A DNA stretch of 63,425 nucleotides, counting the filler, from Globobulimina sp. (lineage: Eukaryota), in assembly GCA_003354225.1 (NCBI GenBank). It is 37 parts of 37 records of this genome, joined end to end, with 100 filler letters (N's around TTAATTAATTAA, not from the genome) between each part and the next. Parts side by side here need not be neighbours in the genome. Positions count along the whole stretch, not along the records: positions 12,027 to 13,643 come from PIVH01014046.1; positions 13,744 to 15,360 come from PIVH01014047.1; positions 15,461 to 17,077 come from PIVH01014048.1; positions 17,178 to 18,794 come from PIVH01014049.1; positions 18,895 to 20,511 come from PIVH01014050.1; positions 20,612 to 22,228 come from PIVH01014051.1; positions 22,329 to 23,945 come from PIVH01014052.1; positions 24,046 to 25,662 come from PIVH01014053.1; 29 more parts are not named here. One strand, 5' to 3'. The position numbers were made by a program, and so were the translations under genes. Every line of letters starts with the position of its first letter. Position 1 is the stretch's first letter. Positions 12,183-24,426 of this stretch are shown piece after piece. The notes below the pieces were generated by a model. That model saw nothing but the letters and a program-made list of their open reading frames with translations, did not search any database and was not told the origin of the DNA.

Positions 12183-12663
12183 AATCATAAAACATAATTA
12201 TATGCTATTTATTATACTTTTTGTTGCTTTTTTTTTATATTCGTTTGTTTTTGTTGTATTTATTATGTATTTTGTTTGTATATTTTACAGTTTCTGATGA
12301 TAATACTCTTTGCGTTAATTGCGTATCCAACATAGTACGTCGTCAATCCCTTTTCCATTTTAACCCAGATTTTGCACTTTGATCTACGTATACTTCAGAA
12401 ATAAAAAACCAGATTATAAATTATAATGGAAGCAGAAACAAATGTATATCTTGATGGGAGTTTGTGGCTGCGATAAAACATCCGTATCAATGGCGTTGCA
12501 GTACTGCCTATTTCAAATCGATTCCTTAAGTTTGAACTGAACATTGACAACAAAATTAACAGTTTTTTATTTTGAGAAAACACGAAGCAAACATTCATAG
12601 CATCCCTTTTCGTCTGACTCTGAGTGACATAGCTCATTGTTTCCCGCTATATGCTATTATAGA

Positions 12664-13643
12664 ATGCCTACATTATTCAAATATCTGTCACAGAAACTCC
12701 CCAAAAAATACTTGAACCAAATGAAACGAATCGCACATCGGCCATACGGCACATTGCCTCTCCACATGCATCGATTTCTACCTATCATATCAAGCTCTAA
12801 TTTACCATACAATTCAGGTACCAAAACCCCTAAGAAATTTCCATAAAATATCCACCACAAAAAAAACTTAAAAAAAAAAACCCAGTCCGACGTCGTTTGT
12901 ATAGCAATAACGGCAACGGCAACGACAACGAACTACTGGATCGCTTACGGAACGGTCAAATCACCAAAGCCGAGGTTCAAAGATTAATCTTAAACCAATC
13001 CTCATTAAACAACCAAAACCCAAACAAAACCATCCGCTCCATGACCGATTATGGCGATGGCAGCAAACCCAAAATAACCACAGTGAGCAACAACAACAAC
13101 GGCATTCCCACCATTACGTCGAGCATAGGCAGCAAAACCAACCCATTATACATGAAAAGACAGACCAGTTTCAAAGAGTTTATCTTCTCATTGTTCCCCT
13201 TTTTATTCATCTTCTGGATGTTGGGAGGCTTTGACTTAGTACGCAACCGAAAACAAGGCGGCGTCGGCGGTATGTTTGGGAATAATTATAGTGAGTGGGA
13301 TGAGGAAGACTGGGAAGACGACGACGACGACGACGAGATCTTTGACAATGAAAACAATGAACAAATACTCAAGAAAGAAGAGAAGAAAAAGGAGCAGATA
13401 GCAGAGGATGACATGGATCGAAGGACGGCCTTTTTTAAGAAATTGGGCATCGAATTGAATCCAAATATGCACGAAAACGAAAACAAGCAATTTCCAAACA
13501 CCAATCAGCAACAAATCAATGTCAAGAAAGAAAAGAAGAAAAGGAAACGTGTGCGGTTCCGCGACGTCTGCGGCAACGAAGAGGCCAAGTTGGATTTGAA
13601 GGACTTGGTGGATTATCTCAAGAATCCCGCAAAATATCAGAAG
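12664..13643 (+). CDS. Mitochondrial FtsH-family (YME1/i-AAA-like) protease, N-terminal part; intron 12818-12885
   Basis: Basic presequence ending RRRLYS after splicing, NPLYM motif plus a TM segment, and the FtsH signature VRFRDVCGNEEAKLDLKDLVDYLKNPAKY. Confidence 0.85.
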
Positions 13644-14146
13644 NNNNNNNNNNNNNNNNNNNNNNNNNNNNNNNNNNNNNNNNNNNNTTAATTAATTAAN
13701 NNNNNNNNNNNNNNNNNNNNNNNNNNNNNNNNNNNNNNNNNNNAAAAAATGCGTGACATGTGCTCCAGAATATAAATATATTAGTAACTAATATATATAT
13801 ATTAGTACTAATATGCGTACCTCTTATCGGGAACACTACTGTACGTGGAACAGGAGTTTTGAATGAAGGATTGGAATAAAATATATTCACATTTATTATT
13901 TATTTCGGAGTTTTATTTATTTATAGATAAAACGCAGTGTTATGATTTATAAAATGTAAAAGTGCGTTTCATCTTACTTTTGTGTGTATCTTTAGTTCAC
14001 TAAAACTTTCTTCTGTCTTCGTATTCGTTTCCTTTTCTTCTGTCTTCGTATTCGTTTCCTTTTCATTGTGCAAGATCCACAAAGCATCGATCACGATCCA
14101 CAAACCATTGATTGACGATTGAACCTGCAACTCGTTTTTCTGCAAT

Positions 14147-15360
14147 ATGGCGTTAACTATGACGTTGGACGCATTCAATTCATTTGCAATGAAGGTGAAC
14201 CGAAATAAGAAGTTGTTCTTTTTCACCCCGTCATTATATAAACAACCATTAAAAGACCCAAATAAGGCTCCGGTGAAATATTACAAAGAAGATTATGAAC
14301 AGATTTTATCCTATATTCAGAATAATCAATTCGTATATATGATACCCAAGAGATCATCGTCGTATAAAACGATATTGGATCGCTTGAAATTGAAATGGTC
14401 GGCGGCCAAATCGCGACCAAATGACATTGTGCGACCAGAGAAAGAATTATTAACTGCGTTCTGCCGTAAATTATTAGTATCGGTAGTTATTGCTTTCCGC
14501 AAAGATAAGATGTGGCCGCAATACAAGAAAGATGCTACAGAATATCGCTTAGCGACATCGCCTTATTTTGTCCAAAATGACACTGATTCTGACGGCGACG
14601 GCATGCGATCCGATGATGAACAAACATTACCGGATGATGACAAATATAATATCACCAATGATGAAGCTTTTCATCTCTCTCAGGAAGCAGAATTCGGCCA
14701 ATTAACGGGCTCAAAATCCCAGCAGTCGCCAGTACGCACTCCTGACTCTGACAATGATTCACCAGGCAATGCTTCACCAGACCTCCGTGTATTAAATGAT
14801 GATTCCAAACAAGCCAAAGAAGCGTCTGATAAAAATGAGATGGATACGGATGCCTCGTTAAGTACAAATACCACAACAAATACAAACGAAGATAACAATA
14901 AAAACGGCAAATCCACTACAAACCGGACACAAACCCGGCGAACCAGACAACGCCGCCAAACCCAGCAAACCCAGAAAACCCAGCAAGCTCAGCAAACCAG
15001 GCCAGCTCCGCAAACCCGGCCAGCTCAGCAAACCCAACATAACCGAAATAAAAATCAGACATTTGACGATATCAAATCGTCGATGGATGAAATTGGCTCC
15101 ATATTACAATCAAAACAATCAAAAAATGATATGGTTGAACTCGATCCATTTGAGAATGAAGAAGAAGAATTTGATCCATTATCGCAATTGGATACGTATT
15201 TGGGGCGAAATGTCATTTATTCATATTTATCCAATAAGAAATTTAAATTATTTGTAACCGACAAAGACCTTCGCCGCGATGCTCTAAAATTGAATAACGT
15301 CCTTTCGTATCGATACAAAACGTTGAAGGAAGACACTGCCACCTCCAATTTATTGAATTT
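14147..15360 (+). CDS. Uncharacterised protein with acidic and Gln/Thr/Arg low-complexity regions, 3' truncated
   Basis: ATG-initiated intronless ORF of more than 400 aa. Confidence 0.6.
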
Positions 15361-15615
15361 NNNNNNNNNNNNNNNNNNNNNNNNNNNNNNNNNNNNNNNN
15401 NNNNTTAATTAATTAANNNNNNNNNNNNNNNNNNNNNNNNNNNNNNNNNNNNNNNNNNNNGTACAAAGAGAAAAATACGGCAAAAAACATTGGATGTATA
15501 TCATAAATTGTAACCAATTGTAAACTTGTGTGAACATATTAATATACTGTTTCTAGTTTTGTCTTCATTTTAAAGTTTTCGACTACACTGTAGAATGCTT
15601 CAAAACTTTAAGAAA

Positions 15616-16995
15616 TCAATTACAACCTTTGTCAATTATATTGAGTATATTCATCCATGCCAGTGGTTGCAATGCAGGGAAATGAATCTCTCCGGTTGAA
15701 TATTTTTGCAAATCACCTTGAAATAGTTTATAATAAAGGTCATATTGATCATGGAAGTATACATTAATATTAGTTTTAGTGTTTGAGTATTTAACAAAAT
15801 CTTTCATTCTTTGTTGCAACAAATTGTTTCCTAATCCCCATCCATATAATACACAGTAGTTTGTTAGAAAATTATCACTTGCAATCGCACTGTTATCTGT
15901 TTTAGGAATATTATATGGCAAATCCAGGATTGTATCAACACAATTTCGAATGGTTGATATTTCTGATTTGGTTAAGATTGAAATATTTAACTCTTTCTCC
16001 AATGGATACTTTAAATGATTTTCCGATATTATTGAAGATGACACAGTTTTGTTGATATCAATTTGAAATAATTTACGTTGAATGGATGACCAAATATCAT
16101 CGACAAAAACTGGATTGACCGGCCCAAATATCAAACAATTTGCTTTGACCATGGATGGTGCTACTAATTGCTGCATATAATAGTCCAAGTTTTTAATCAT
16201 TTGGACTGACAAATAATTGTTCCAACCATTTCGTTTTGGATACTGATGCGGAATATGCATACTTAACAAATTATTTATTACTATATCAAAGCTAATTTGT
16301 TTATTTAGATGAAGGTAATCGTCAATCAAACCGTCTGCATTTTTGACAGATGTTCCCCATTTATAATATAAGTATATTGTGATATTATGCTTTTTAAAAT
16401 AAACTGAGGATATATTACTTTTATCAAATGTTCCGCGGTGTCCATCAAATAGAATTGCTGCAGTGGCTAAATTTGATTTATATGGATCCTGAATGAGTTT
16501 TGTTGAACATTCATCCGTGAACATTTTAGCAAAAATATCAGCATCTAAATGATCGCAAAACGCATCACACTTTTTGATACTGCTCGATTTATTGTAGTCG
16601 TCAATGCAATATGGCAATGCATGAAATATATATGTTGCTAGGACTTTGATCAATGAATCTCCAAACATAAGAATAGTTTTATTTGACAAACAATCAATGA
16701 TAAATTCTCTGGATATTGCTCTAAATTTGTAGTTATCATTAATTATATTATAATCGTGATTGTGTGTACTATTTTGCTGTGGAATGACTTGAATTCTACC
16801 TATGGAAAATAATTCATTTAACCATATGGACCATCGAACACACACTGTAAACAATGTAACAAATACAAGGCATTTACATGCAACTTTGATAAATTTGGCC
16901 ATTATGAGTAAAATAATAATTAGTAAAATGAAAACTTGGTTGGAGTGCATCATGTCATCGTTTTTGATGTTGTTATACGTTTTTGCTGTCATCAT
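15616..16995 (-). CDS. SGNH/GDSL-fold (PC-esterase/NXPE-like) type II membrane protein
   Basis: N-terminal TM segment, CLSNKTILMFGDS nucleophile motif, C-terminal GEIHF His motif. Confidence 0.7.
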   Translation of the reverse strand: MMTAKTYNNIKNDDMMHSNQVFILLIIILLIMAKFIKVACKCLVFVTLFTVCVRWSIWLNELFSIGRIQVIPQQNSTHNHDYNIINDNYKFRAISREFIIDCLSNKTILMFGDSLIKVLATYIFHALPYCIDDYNKSSSIKKCDAFCDHLDADIFAKMFTDECSTKLIQDPYKSNLATAAILFDGHRGTFDKSNISSVYFKKHNITIYLYYKWGTSVKNADGLIDDYLHLNKQISFDIVINNLLSMHIPHQYPKRNGWNNYLSVQMIKNLDYYMQQLVAPSMVKANCLIFGPVNPVFVDDIWSSIQRKLFQIDINKTVSSSIISENHLKYPLEKELNISILTKSEISTIRNCVDTILDLPYNIPKTDNSAIASDNFLTNYCVLYGWGLGNNLLQQRMKDFVKYSNTKTNINVYFHDQYDLYYKLFQGDLQKYSTGEIHFPALQPLAWMNILNIIDKGCN

Positions 16996-17177
16996 TGTTA
17001 CATACTCACAAAACTATATATATAACGGTGATTATCAATTGTCTCACCCTGACTGGGAGGCTACGTGTCTATTTTATNNNNNNNNNNNNNNNNNNNNNNN
17101 NNNNNNNNNNNNNNNNNNNNNTTAATTAATTAANNNNNNNNNNNNNNNNNNNNNNNNNNNNNNNNNNNNNNNNNNNN

Positions 17178-18243
17178 ATATCTTAATATCTCTATTTAAC
17201 TTATCATCGAGCGACAATATCGACGCCACATTCCCGCACCGATACACATAATTCGGCGCCGACCACACCGTAATCACATTCTTGCGGTCAAAGTGATATT
17301 TATAGCCATCCTGCACCAATTGATGCGCCCTGCAGATTAACTGTAAGCCGTTCAACTGATTGAACTGTCGCGCCACTTTCTTGCCAAACAGCCAGCCCGC
17401 TCCTCTCGGCGAGACGCCCCACGTCAAGATATCTTCGGGGTCGCTCCACATCAAATCCGCAAAGGCCCCGGCATGCGGGATCTCTTGTTTCCGATCTATC
17501 ATTGATAAGTGATCCAAGGTGGCGATATCCGGAGACAGTCCGCCATGCACACAAAAGATCACACCATTCACCAAGGCGCCAATGGGCAACAAATCAAAGA
17601 CGTCCGTGCAGTATCTCCAGACGTTGGCATTGCCGTATTTGGTCAATATCTCCTCATAGAAGCCATAGACCCGCGTCACTTGCCTGCTTTCGTGGTTTCC
17701 GCGCAATAAGGTGATGGATGAGGTATATCTCGCTTTTAATAAGAATAACAAGGATAGGGTCTCTACGCTGTGGTAGCCGCGGTCCACGAAGTCGCCCATG
17801 AATATATACCGCTGTCCCTCGCAGGGATCTCCTCCGATGCGCAATAATTCTAATATGTCAAAAAACTGTCCATGGATGTCGCCGCAGATGGTGACCGGCG
17901 ATAAAATGGGCTGAACATTGGCTTCCTCCATCAACACATCCGATACTAACTGGCATAAATGCTTTATTTCGCCTTCTGACAAGGCTATGCATTCTTTGAT
18001 GGAACAGATGGCGCGGTCTAAATTTAAGGAGGACCCGTTTGGGTTCATTGCCGTGTTTAACACATTTGTGTTGATTGAAGCACGCGATTTGTTTAGTTGC
18101 GGGGTGGCGTTTGGTTCGATTGAGTCTAATACATCATCGATAGAGGTGCAACTGTCTGATTCTGTGGTGGATGCCATCATTTCATCCTTCCCAATTGTTA
18201 TTTCTTCATCAATACCAACCGATGTTTGTATCTCAGTTGACAT
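17178..18243 (-). CDS. PPP-family Ser/Thr phosphatase, PP6/PP4-like catalytic subunit
   Basis: GDIHG, GDFVDRG, RGNHE, HGGLSP, WSDP, RAHQ and SAPNY motifs. Probable start at MSTEIQ (18243). Confidence 0.95.
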
Positions 18244-18340
18244 GGTAATAAGACAGTTTTTGAAAGTTGCAAGTTTATTTTGAACTGAAAAAGCATCATT
18301 TTGCCTAAACGTCCGTTCTTTTTCCTTCAAGCAAAGAACA

Positions 18341-18794
18341 ATGACTGTGCTAAGTTTATTGCTGATATTGGTATTCAGGCCAGCATTATCATTGGTAATT
18401 GATTTACCATCCATACCATTAACAGAAGACGGAGTTAATCGATATTTAGAAAATATTTCATCGCTATGGAATCAATATTATGCTGGTGATAATACTGTGA
18501 ATATATTTCAGCAGATATTTGACAAAGATATCATTGTATGTGCTCATGATGACGTATGTACGGTTGGTATTGGTAAAGCGATCTCAAATTTACAACAATT
18601 TCAATCATATTTCCCACGCGGATGGATGCCAACAATTCATTCATCTGTTAAATTAATAACATTTGGAGATCATTCAATTAGTTATGTACAAACTGGTGTG
18701 TTTGAGACAGCATTTCCAATGCCATCTTTATCAGGATTTAATAATCAGTTTACTGTCTCGCAACATTCAATAAATATATTCAATTATGATCAAG
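18341..18794 (+). CDS. Secreted protein, possibly NTF2/SnoaL-like fold, partial
   Basis: Signal peptide. W...Y....F..D.......G...I....F pattern resembles SnoaL-like domains. Confidence 0.5.
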
Positions 18795-18894
18795 NNNNNN
18801 NNNNNNNNNNNNNNNNNNNNNNNNNNNNNNNNNNNNNNTTAATTAATTAANNNNNNNNNNNNNNNNNNNNNNNNNNNNNNNNNNNNNNNNNNNN

Positions 18895-20425
18895 GCTTCT
18901 TTTTGTAACTGTGTTTATATGTACCATCAAGTGCGATAATCAAGGCTTATATTATCACCGATTAAAAATTAAAGATGCGCTGTTATCAAATTGTACAGAA
19001 AATTATTATCAGCAAGAATTGGATCATTTTAATTATGATACCGGAACAACACCAAATAACATATCAACATACATGCAAAGATATTTTATTTGTGGTGGCG
19101 CAAATTGGAAACCAAATAATACCATATTTTTTTATTTAGGGAACGAAGCAAATGTGGAATTATATGTAAATAATACAGGTTTAATGTGGGAAAATGAAGA
19201 CGCCTTTGCCGCAATAATGATATTCGCAGAACATCGATATTACGGTAAATCAAAACCATTTACACCAACACAATTGAAGACCGATGTGAGTTTATACCGT
19301 TTTGTCAGTCCAGACCAAGCCATGGCGGATTATGCCCAATTAATATATTACTTAAAATCAAGCAAATTTGATTCATGGCCCTCACCAATCATTGGCTTTG
19401 GTGGTAGCTACGGTGGTATGCTCTGTGCTTGGTTTTCCATAAAATATCCCCAATGGATCGATGGTTGCCTGTCTGGGTCCGCTCCAATTTTAGATTTTGA
19501 AGGCTTGCATCCTGCCATAAATCCGAAATTTTATGCGCAAACAATGACGTTTGCTGCAGCAACAGCAGGCGGAGGGAATGATTTATGTAGAGATAATATC
19601 CGCAATTCATGGCCGAAAATATTTAATTTAAGTTCAACTGCGGAGGGCAGACAGGAATTGTCAAATATATTCAAGCTATGTTCGGTTTTGGACAATGAAA
19701 ACATTGCCAATGCGACAGCTTTTTGGGTGGCAGATGCAATGAGTACATTAGCAATGGGAGCTTTTCCATATCCTTCCAGTTATTTGACCAATGGCGCAGC
19801 TGATTTACCACCATATCCATTGAGATATGCATGCGAGACATATATGATTAATAATTTCAGTGTGGATAATAATGATATATTATATGCATTGAGTGATTTT
19901 ATTGGTGTTTTATACAATGCTACGAATGATACACAATGCTATGATATCAATGATAATTTGTTGCCATATATGCCAGGCTATGTGTCAGCGCATGCTTGGA
20001 GTTGGATGTCTTGCACTGTTATTTTTATGACTGGCACTTTTAATGATTTATATACCGCGGATGGTGTAAATGATATGTTTTGGGCGTATGAATGGGATGT
20101 AAAGAGATTAAGCGATGCTTGTTTTGATAGTTTAGGAGTGCGACCGAGAGTTGATTGGACGCAGATTAATTATGGTGGTTTTTTATTACAAAATGATGGC
20201 GTTAAGAATATTATATTTAGCAATGGTTTGTTGGATCCATGGTGTGATGGCGGTGTTCATTTTAATAATTCAAAGAATGGAATATATTCAATATCGACAG
20301 GAATGGTTGGGCATCATATGGATTTTATGTTTTCTACCACAGAAGATCCAGCATCGGTTCTTGATGCAAGGGAATTTGAATTGGAACAAATGACAGAATG
20401 GGTCAAACAAAAATTATATCTTTGA
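18895..20425 (+). CDS. PRCP: Lysosomal Pro-X carboxypeptidase (peptidase S28)
   Basis: QELDHF, MQRY, FFYLGNEA, AEHRYYGKS, GGSYGGM, NIIFSNGLLDPW and GHHMD motifs. Confidence 0.93.
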
Positions 20426-20611
20426 TTTCTAGAGCTAACCTTTAAATTATTATAGTCACCAACTCTGTCGTAATGAGTTAGGGTGGTGATGGACTCACTA
20501 GACTCTTTCTTNNNNNNNNNNNNNNNNNNNNNNNNNNNNNNNNNNNNNNNNNNNNTTAATTAATTAANNNNNNNNNNNNNNNNNNNNNNNNNNNNNNNNN
20601 NNNNNNNNNNN

Positions 20612-21977
20612 GATCTTGGTTGATACTGGACAATTACAAGATTTATATCGTCCATCGCTATCAACAGGAATCTATGGAAGTTATTTTTATTCTGCAAAAC
20701 ATGAAAAACAAAGTAAAAACATCAAAACACGGAAACATTTTCAATTAAAATATATTTACGATGATGAAAAAAAGGGAGATGAACAATTAACAGATATAGA
20801 AAAGCAAAATATTAACGAGTTTAGAAAGTTGTTATCATCAAAACATGGATATATTGAGAATGTCGATTATGTATATTCAGGTATTTGTGTTTAATTTATT
20901 TTATTTTATTTCATAAATATTATATAAAAATATGTTAATTTTCGTATATGAAAAACAAACATAGATTTGGTACGTTTTGTGATTGGATGCAAACAAAACT
21001 TGGACATCGCTGAAAGAAATTTTTTGAATTTAAAGTCGTTAGAAATAAGATATAATTTAAATGATGTTCGATTATCTGACATTGCGAGTGAATTAGCAAA
21101 AGAATGTTATATTTTATGTGGCTATGATTGGCAAAATAGCGCGATTATTGGATTTCGAATAAATCAGTTCGTCAAAAAAGGAATGAATATCGGCGTAATG
21201 ATCCGTGCCATGCATTGTTTAATCGATGCAGTTACATCTTCCATTTATACATTGCGGAATGGCATTGTTTTATTATTTGATATGAAAGGAGTCAAAAAAG
21301 AGAATATGTCTTTAGATTTGGAGACAATTTTTATTAAATCTTTTCAAAATTGTTATCCTTTGCGAATTAAAAAATTCATTGTTGTGGATGCGCCTGTTCT
21401 CATTCGTGCAGCTATGCAAATTGCAAAATTATTGTTATCCAAGAAATTGAGTGGAAGGATTATTTCTGTTAAATCTGATCCAAACGGAGATTTATGGAAA
21501 TTGGTGCCATATCAAGCTGTTCCAAAATGCATTAATGGCAAATTTGATTCCTGTATGAATGCGTGGCAGTATGTGTGCAGTAAAATAATTAATAATGTCG
21601 CAAATAAGCAACAAGAAAATAAATATATTTTGGACAGACTTTGTGAGAAAAAAGGAAAAGGGAAATGGGACAAATATAGATTGCGACAATTTAAATTAAG
21701 GAAGGATGGCATTTTAGAATATTGGGATGGTAAAATATTAAAAGGTTTGATAGAAAATAAATTTCTAACTGTAGAAAAGAATGAAAATAAAGGAGAAATG
21801 ATGCAATTTGGTTGGCAGATAGTTACGGCGGAAAGAACCTGGCATTTGGCTGCTAAAAATGATGATGGTTTGTTAAAACATAAAAAAACAGAAAGAAATG
21901 AATGGATCGAAAATATTAAACGTTTTTGCGATGAACCCAGTGATAAACAAGAAGAAAAACAGACAACTGTCCAGTAA
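20612..21977 (+). CDS. CRAL-TRIO (Sec14) domain + C-terminal PH domain protein; intron 20881-20964
   Basis: GIVLLFDMKG, QNCYPLRIKKFIVVDAP, then a PH-like segment (KKGKGKWDKYRLRQFKL...RTWHLAA...ERNEWIENI). Confidence 0.85.
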
Positions 21978-22058
21978 CTCACTTGATCTCCTTTGGAAAA
22001 ACCGTTTTGTTCTATAAAGTACTTCACTAACATACATGCATGGAAAAATAACAGCCAT

Positions 22059-22093
22059 TAGAGTTTTCCTATTTGACCTTGATTTTGCTCATG
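22059..22093. repeat. Dispersed 35-bp repeat (putative DNA transposon terminus), identical to 32357-32391
   Basis: TAGAGTTTTCCTATTTGACCTTGATTTTGCTCATG occurs in two unrelated contigs. Confidence 0.8.
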
Positions 22094-22328
22094 ATCAACT
22101 TTTTTTAATCATTTGTGAATTGTTAGAGAAAAAGCTTAAGTAAATGTTCGTCTCATGTTCTCGTCTTCATTAGAAACTGTAAATAAAGATCGTATTGTAT
22201 TATAAATAAGGATTAGACGATCATTTACNNNNNNNNNNNNNNNNNNNNNNNNNNNNNNNNNNNNNNNNNNNNTTAATTAATTAANNNNNNNNNNNNNNNN
22301 NNNNNNNNNNNNNNNNNNNNNNNNNNNN

Positions 22329-22686
22329 TCGATTAAAAATACATCATGCATGTGACAAAGGGGGCGGATTCATGATTGGAATTATAGCCAACACGAATAT
22401 TACTGCAAATATGACCCGTTCATTTACGCGATATGGAGGATTCGCAATAAATAAAGGCGGATTATTATTTCCTGCAGGAAGGAGATATACAAATGTTACA
22501 TGGCGGGATGGTGATATTATCGATATTTATATTGATATGAAGTTACTAACATTGTCATTTGCATACAATGGCATTAACTTAGGCGTAGCATCTAAAAATT
22601 TACCAAAACAAAAATATAGATTTGCATTGACTTTATTATATCAAGATGACGAGGTTGAATTGATCGATTTGAAACAAAATAAATAG
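22329..22686 (+). CDS. SPRY/B30.2 domain protein, C-terminal fragment
   Basis: MIGII...W.DGDIIDIYIDM...LSFAYNG.NLGVA......YRFA is a typical SPRY C-terminal half. Confidence 0.75.
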
Positions 22687-22772
22687 AAAGAAATATAAAT
22701 TATTGTATATATTTTGGTATTGATTAAGTTTTATTTTAACTGACACATAACAGCAATGCTCCAGAAGTCGAC

Positions 22773-22801
22773 GACTAGCTTACTTCGTGAAAATCTTAAA
22801 A
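22773..22801 (-). repeat. Dispersed 29-bp element, 28/29 identical to 46764-46792
   Basis: GACTAGCT(T/C)ACTTCGTGAAAATCTTAAAA in two unrelated contigs. Confidence 0.75.
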
Positions 22802-22845
22802 TCACTGTTATCACCTCACAAACGGCAAATTTTAGCATTTGCCTA

Positions 22846-22893
22846 AACGATATATTCCAAAAGATAACTCCCCCTTTGTATACCGAAAATTCA
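22846..22893 (+). mobile_element. Orphan left end of the MITE family at 23152-23394
   Basis: AACGATATATTCCAAAAGATAAC plus TTTGTATACCGAAAATTCA are shared with the complete copy. Confidence 0.8.
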
Positions 22894-23151
22894 CAGCAAC
22901 ATCGTTGATAACTACTAAAAGTGAAAAAAATAAATCGATATCATCTTTCCCTGCCATGAACTCTGCCATTCTTTTTTGCATATGTGTATTACCATCGGAT
23001 GCATGCATATTTGCATTGAACAATTTTTATTGTTATTGTGAATAATCCATTGATGTACCATCCTAATTATGTGTGTCCGCGTGATTGAAAGTCTGTCATT
23101 GTCGAGAAAATGTCGATACAAAAAAACTTACTTTAAGCTTGATTCAACTTT

Positions 23152-23394
23152 AACGATATATTCCAAAAGATAACCTCCCCCGTTTGGATAACCCCCCATT
23201 TGTATACCGAAAATTCAATTATAAATTTGTTCTCGATTTGCAAACCCAACACAAAGTTATAACAAACACAGATCAAATCCAAGACAAATCTATAGCAAAC
23301 GGTTTCTGGATTTGCAAAGCGTTTCTCAGATAATTGAATTAAATGTATACAACTTATCGACCAGGGGGGGTGTTATCTTTTGGAATATATCGTT
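23152..23394. mobile_element. MITE, 243 bp, perfect 23-bp TIRs
   Basis: TIR AACGATATATTCCAAAAGATAAC (23152-23174) with its reverse complement at 23372-23394. A further partial copy lies at 42933-43033. Confidence 0.88.
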
Positions 23395-23504
23395 TAAACA
23401 AACGGGAAAAAAAATGACATTTGCGAAAACCTTTTAAGCTCACTAAGCTGGCATCTTGTTTTTTAAATGAAACCTCTTAACAACATAACAGGCAACAAAT
23501 GGAT

Positions 23505-23620
23505 TATTATCATTTTCATCGATTTTCTCATTTTCATTGATTTTTCTCATTTTTCATGGATTTTTCTCATTTTCATCGATTATGCTCATTTTTCATGTAA
23601 TATTGTCATTTTCATGCATT
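23505..23620. repeat. Degenerate 18-bp tandem repeat (ATTTTCATCGATTTTCTC)
   Basis: Directly visible, about 6 units. Confidence 0.8.
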
Positions 23621-24426
23621 ACTACCATTTCCACTTAAAAAAAGAAAAAAATTCCTCTTGGGTTTTGGGGCCTGTCCCCTCCTAGGTCAGAAAGGCAATG
23701 AAATGCATCCAAACGTATCGCTGTTTGTTGCCATCCAAACGTATCCTTTTTAAAGTCACTCTTTGCAATTGTGTTGGCGTTGAAACAACATCTATTTCTA
23801 AAAGAGACAGATCGGAGGAAACATATTCAAATATTAATTGTGTGTTATTCTTTCTGTTCTGTGGGAAATCAGTGCCTTGATCCAATGCTTCATCGCTTCA
23901 AACCGATTCCAACTTCAAATTGTCGTATTCTGGAATTTCTGTTTTNNNNNNNNNNNNNNNNNNNNNNNNNNNNNNNNNNNNNNNNNNNNTTAATTAATTA
24001 ANNNNNNNNNNNNNNNNNNNNNNNNNNNNNNNNNNNNNNNNNNNNAAACAATAGTAAAATTCAACGCATTTTTTTCCAATGAACAAAAATAACAGTTAAT
24101 AATAGTAGAAAAAAATAAATGCATTTCAATACAAAAAAAAAAATGAATTTAAGATTACAACGTATGCGATCACGAACAAATAAAATTAGCAAATGCCACA
24201 AAATTAATATGAAGTTAATATGAAGTTAATATAATATGAAATTAGGTAATTTATATGGAACATAAATAAAATGAGCTATGAAAAAAAAACAAAACAAAAT
24301 AAACAAAGCTGCAAAAAACAGCACGAGTCAAAAACGAAGGAATATAAACCACTAAAAATGAGTGACCATATCGGCATTATGTATGAAAAGAAAAAACCAA
24401 CAATGTAAAAAAAATAAAAATATTTT

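Noticed and set aside
12315-12637. Possible Arf-like C-terminus (SAKSG...GIDDVLCWI) needing TGA readthrough at ~12513
   Set aside because: It depends on speculative splicing, lacks the G1-G3 motifs, and TGA is a normal stop in other genes here. At most a decayed fragment.
18244-18414. Overlap of the phosphatase ORF with the plus-strand gene at 18341
   Set aside because: The upstream extension is probably just the antisense of the neighbouring gene's start. An internal Met at 18243 removes the overlap.
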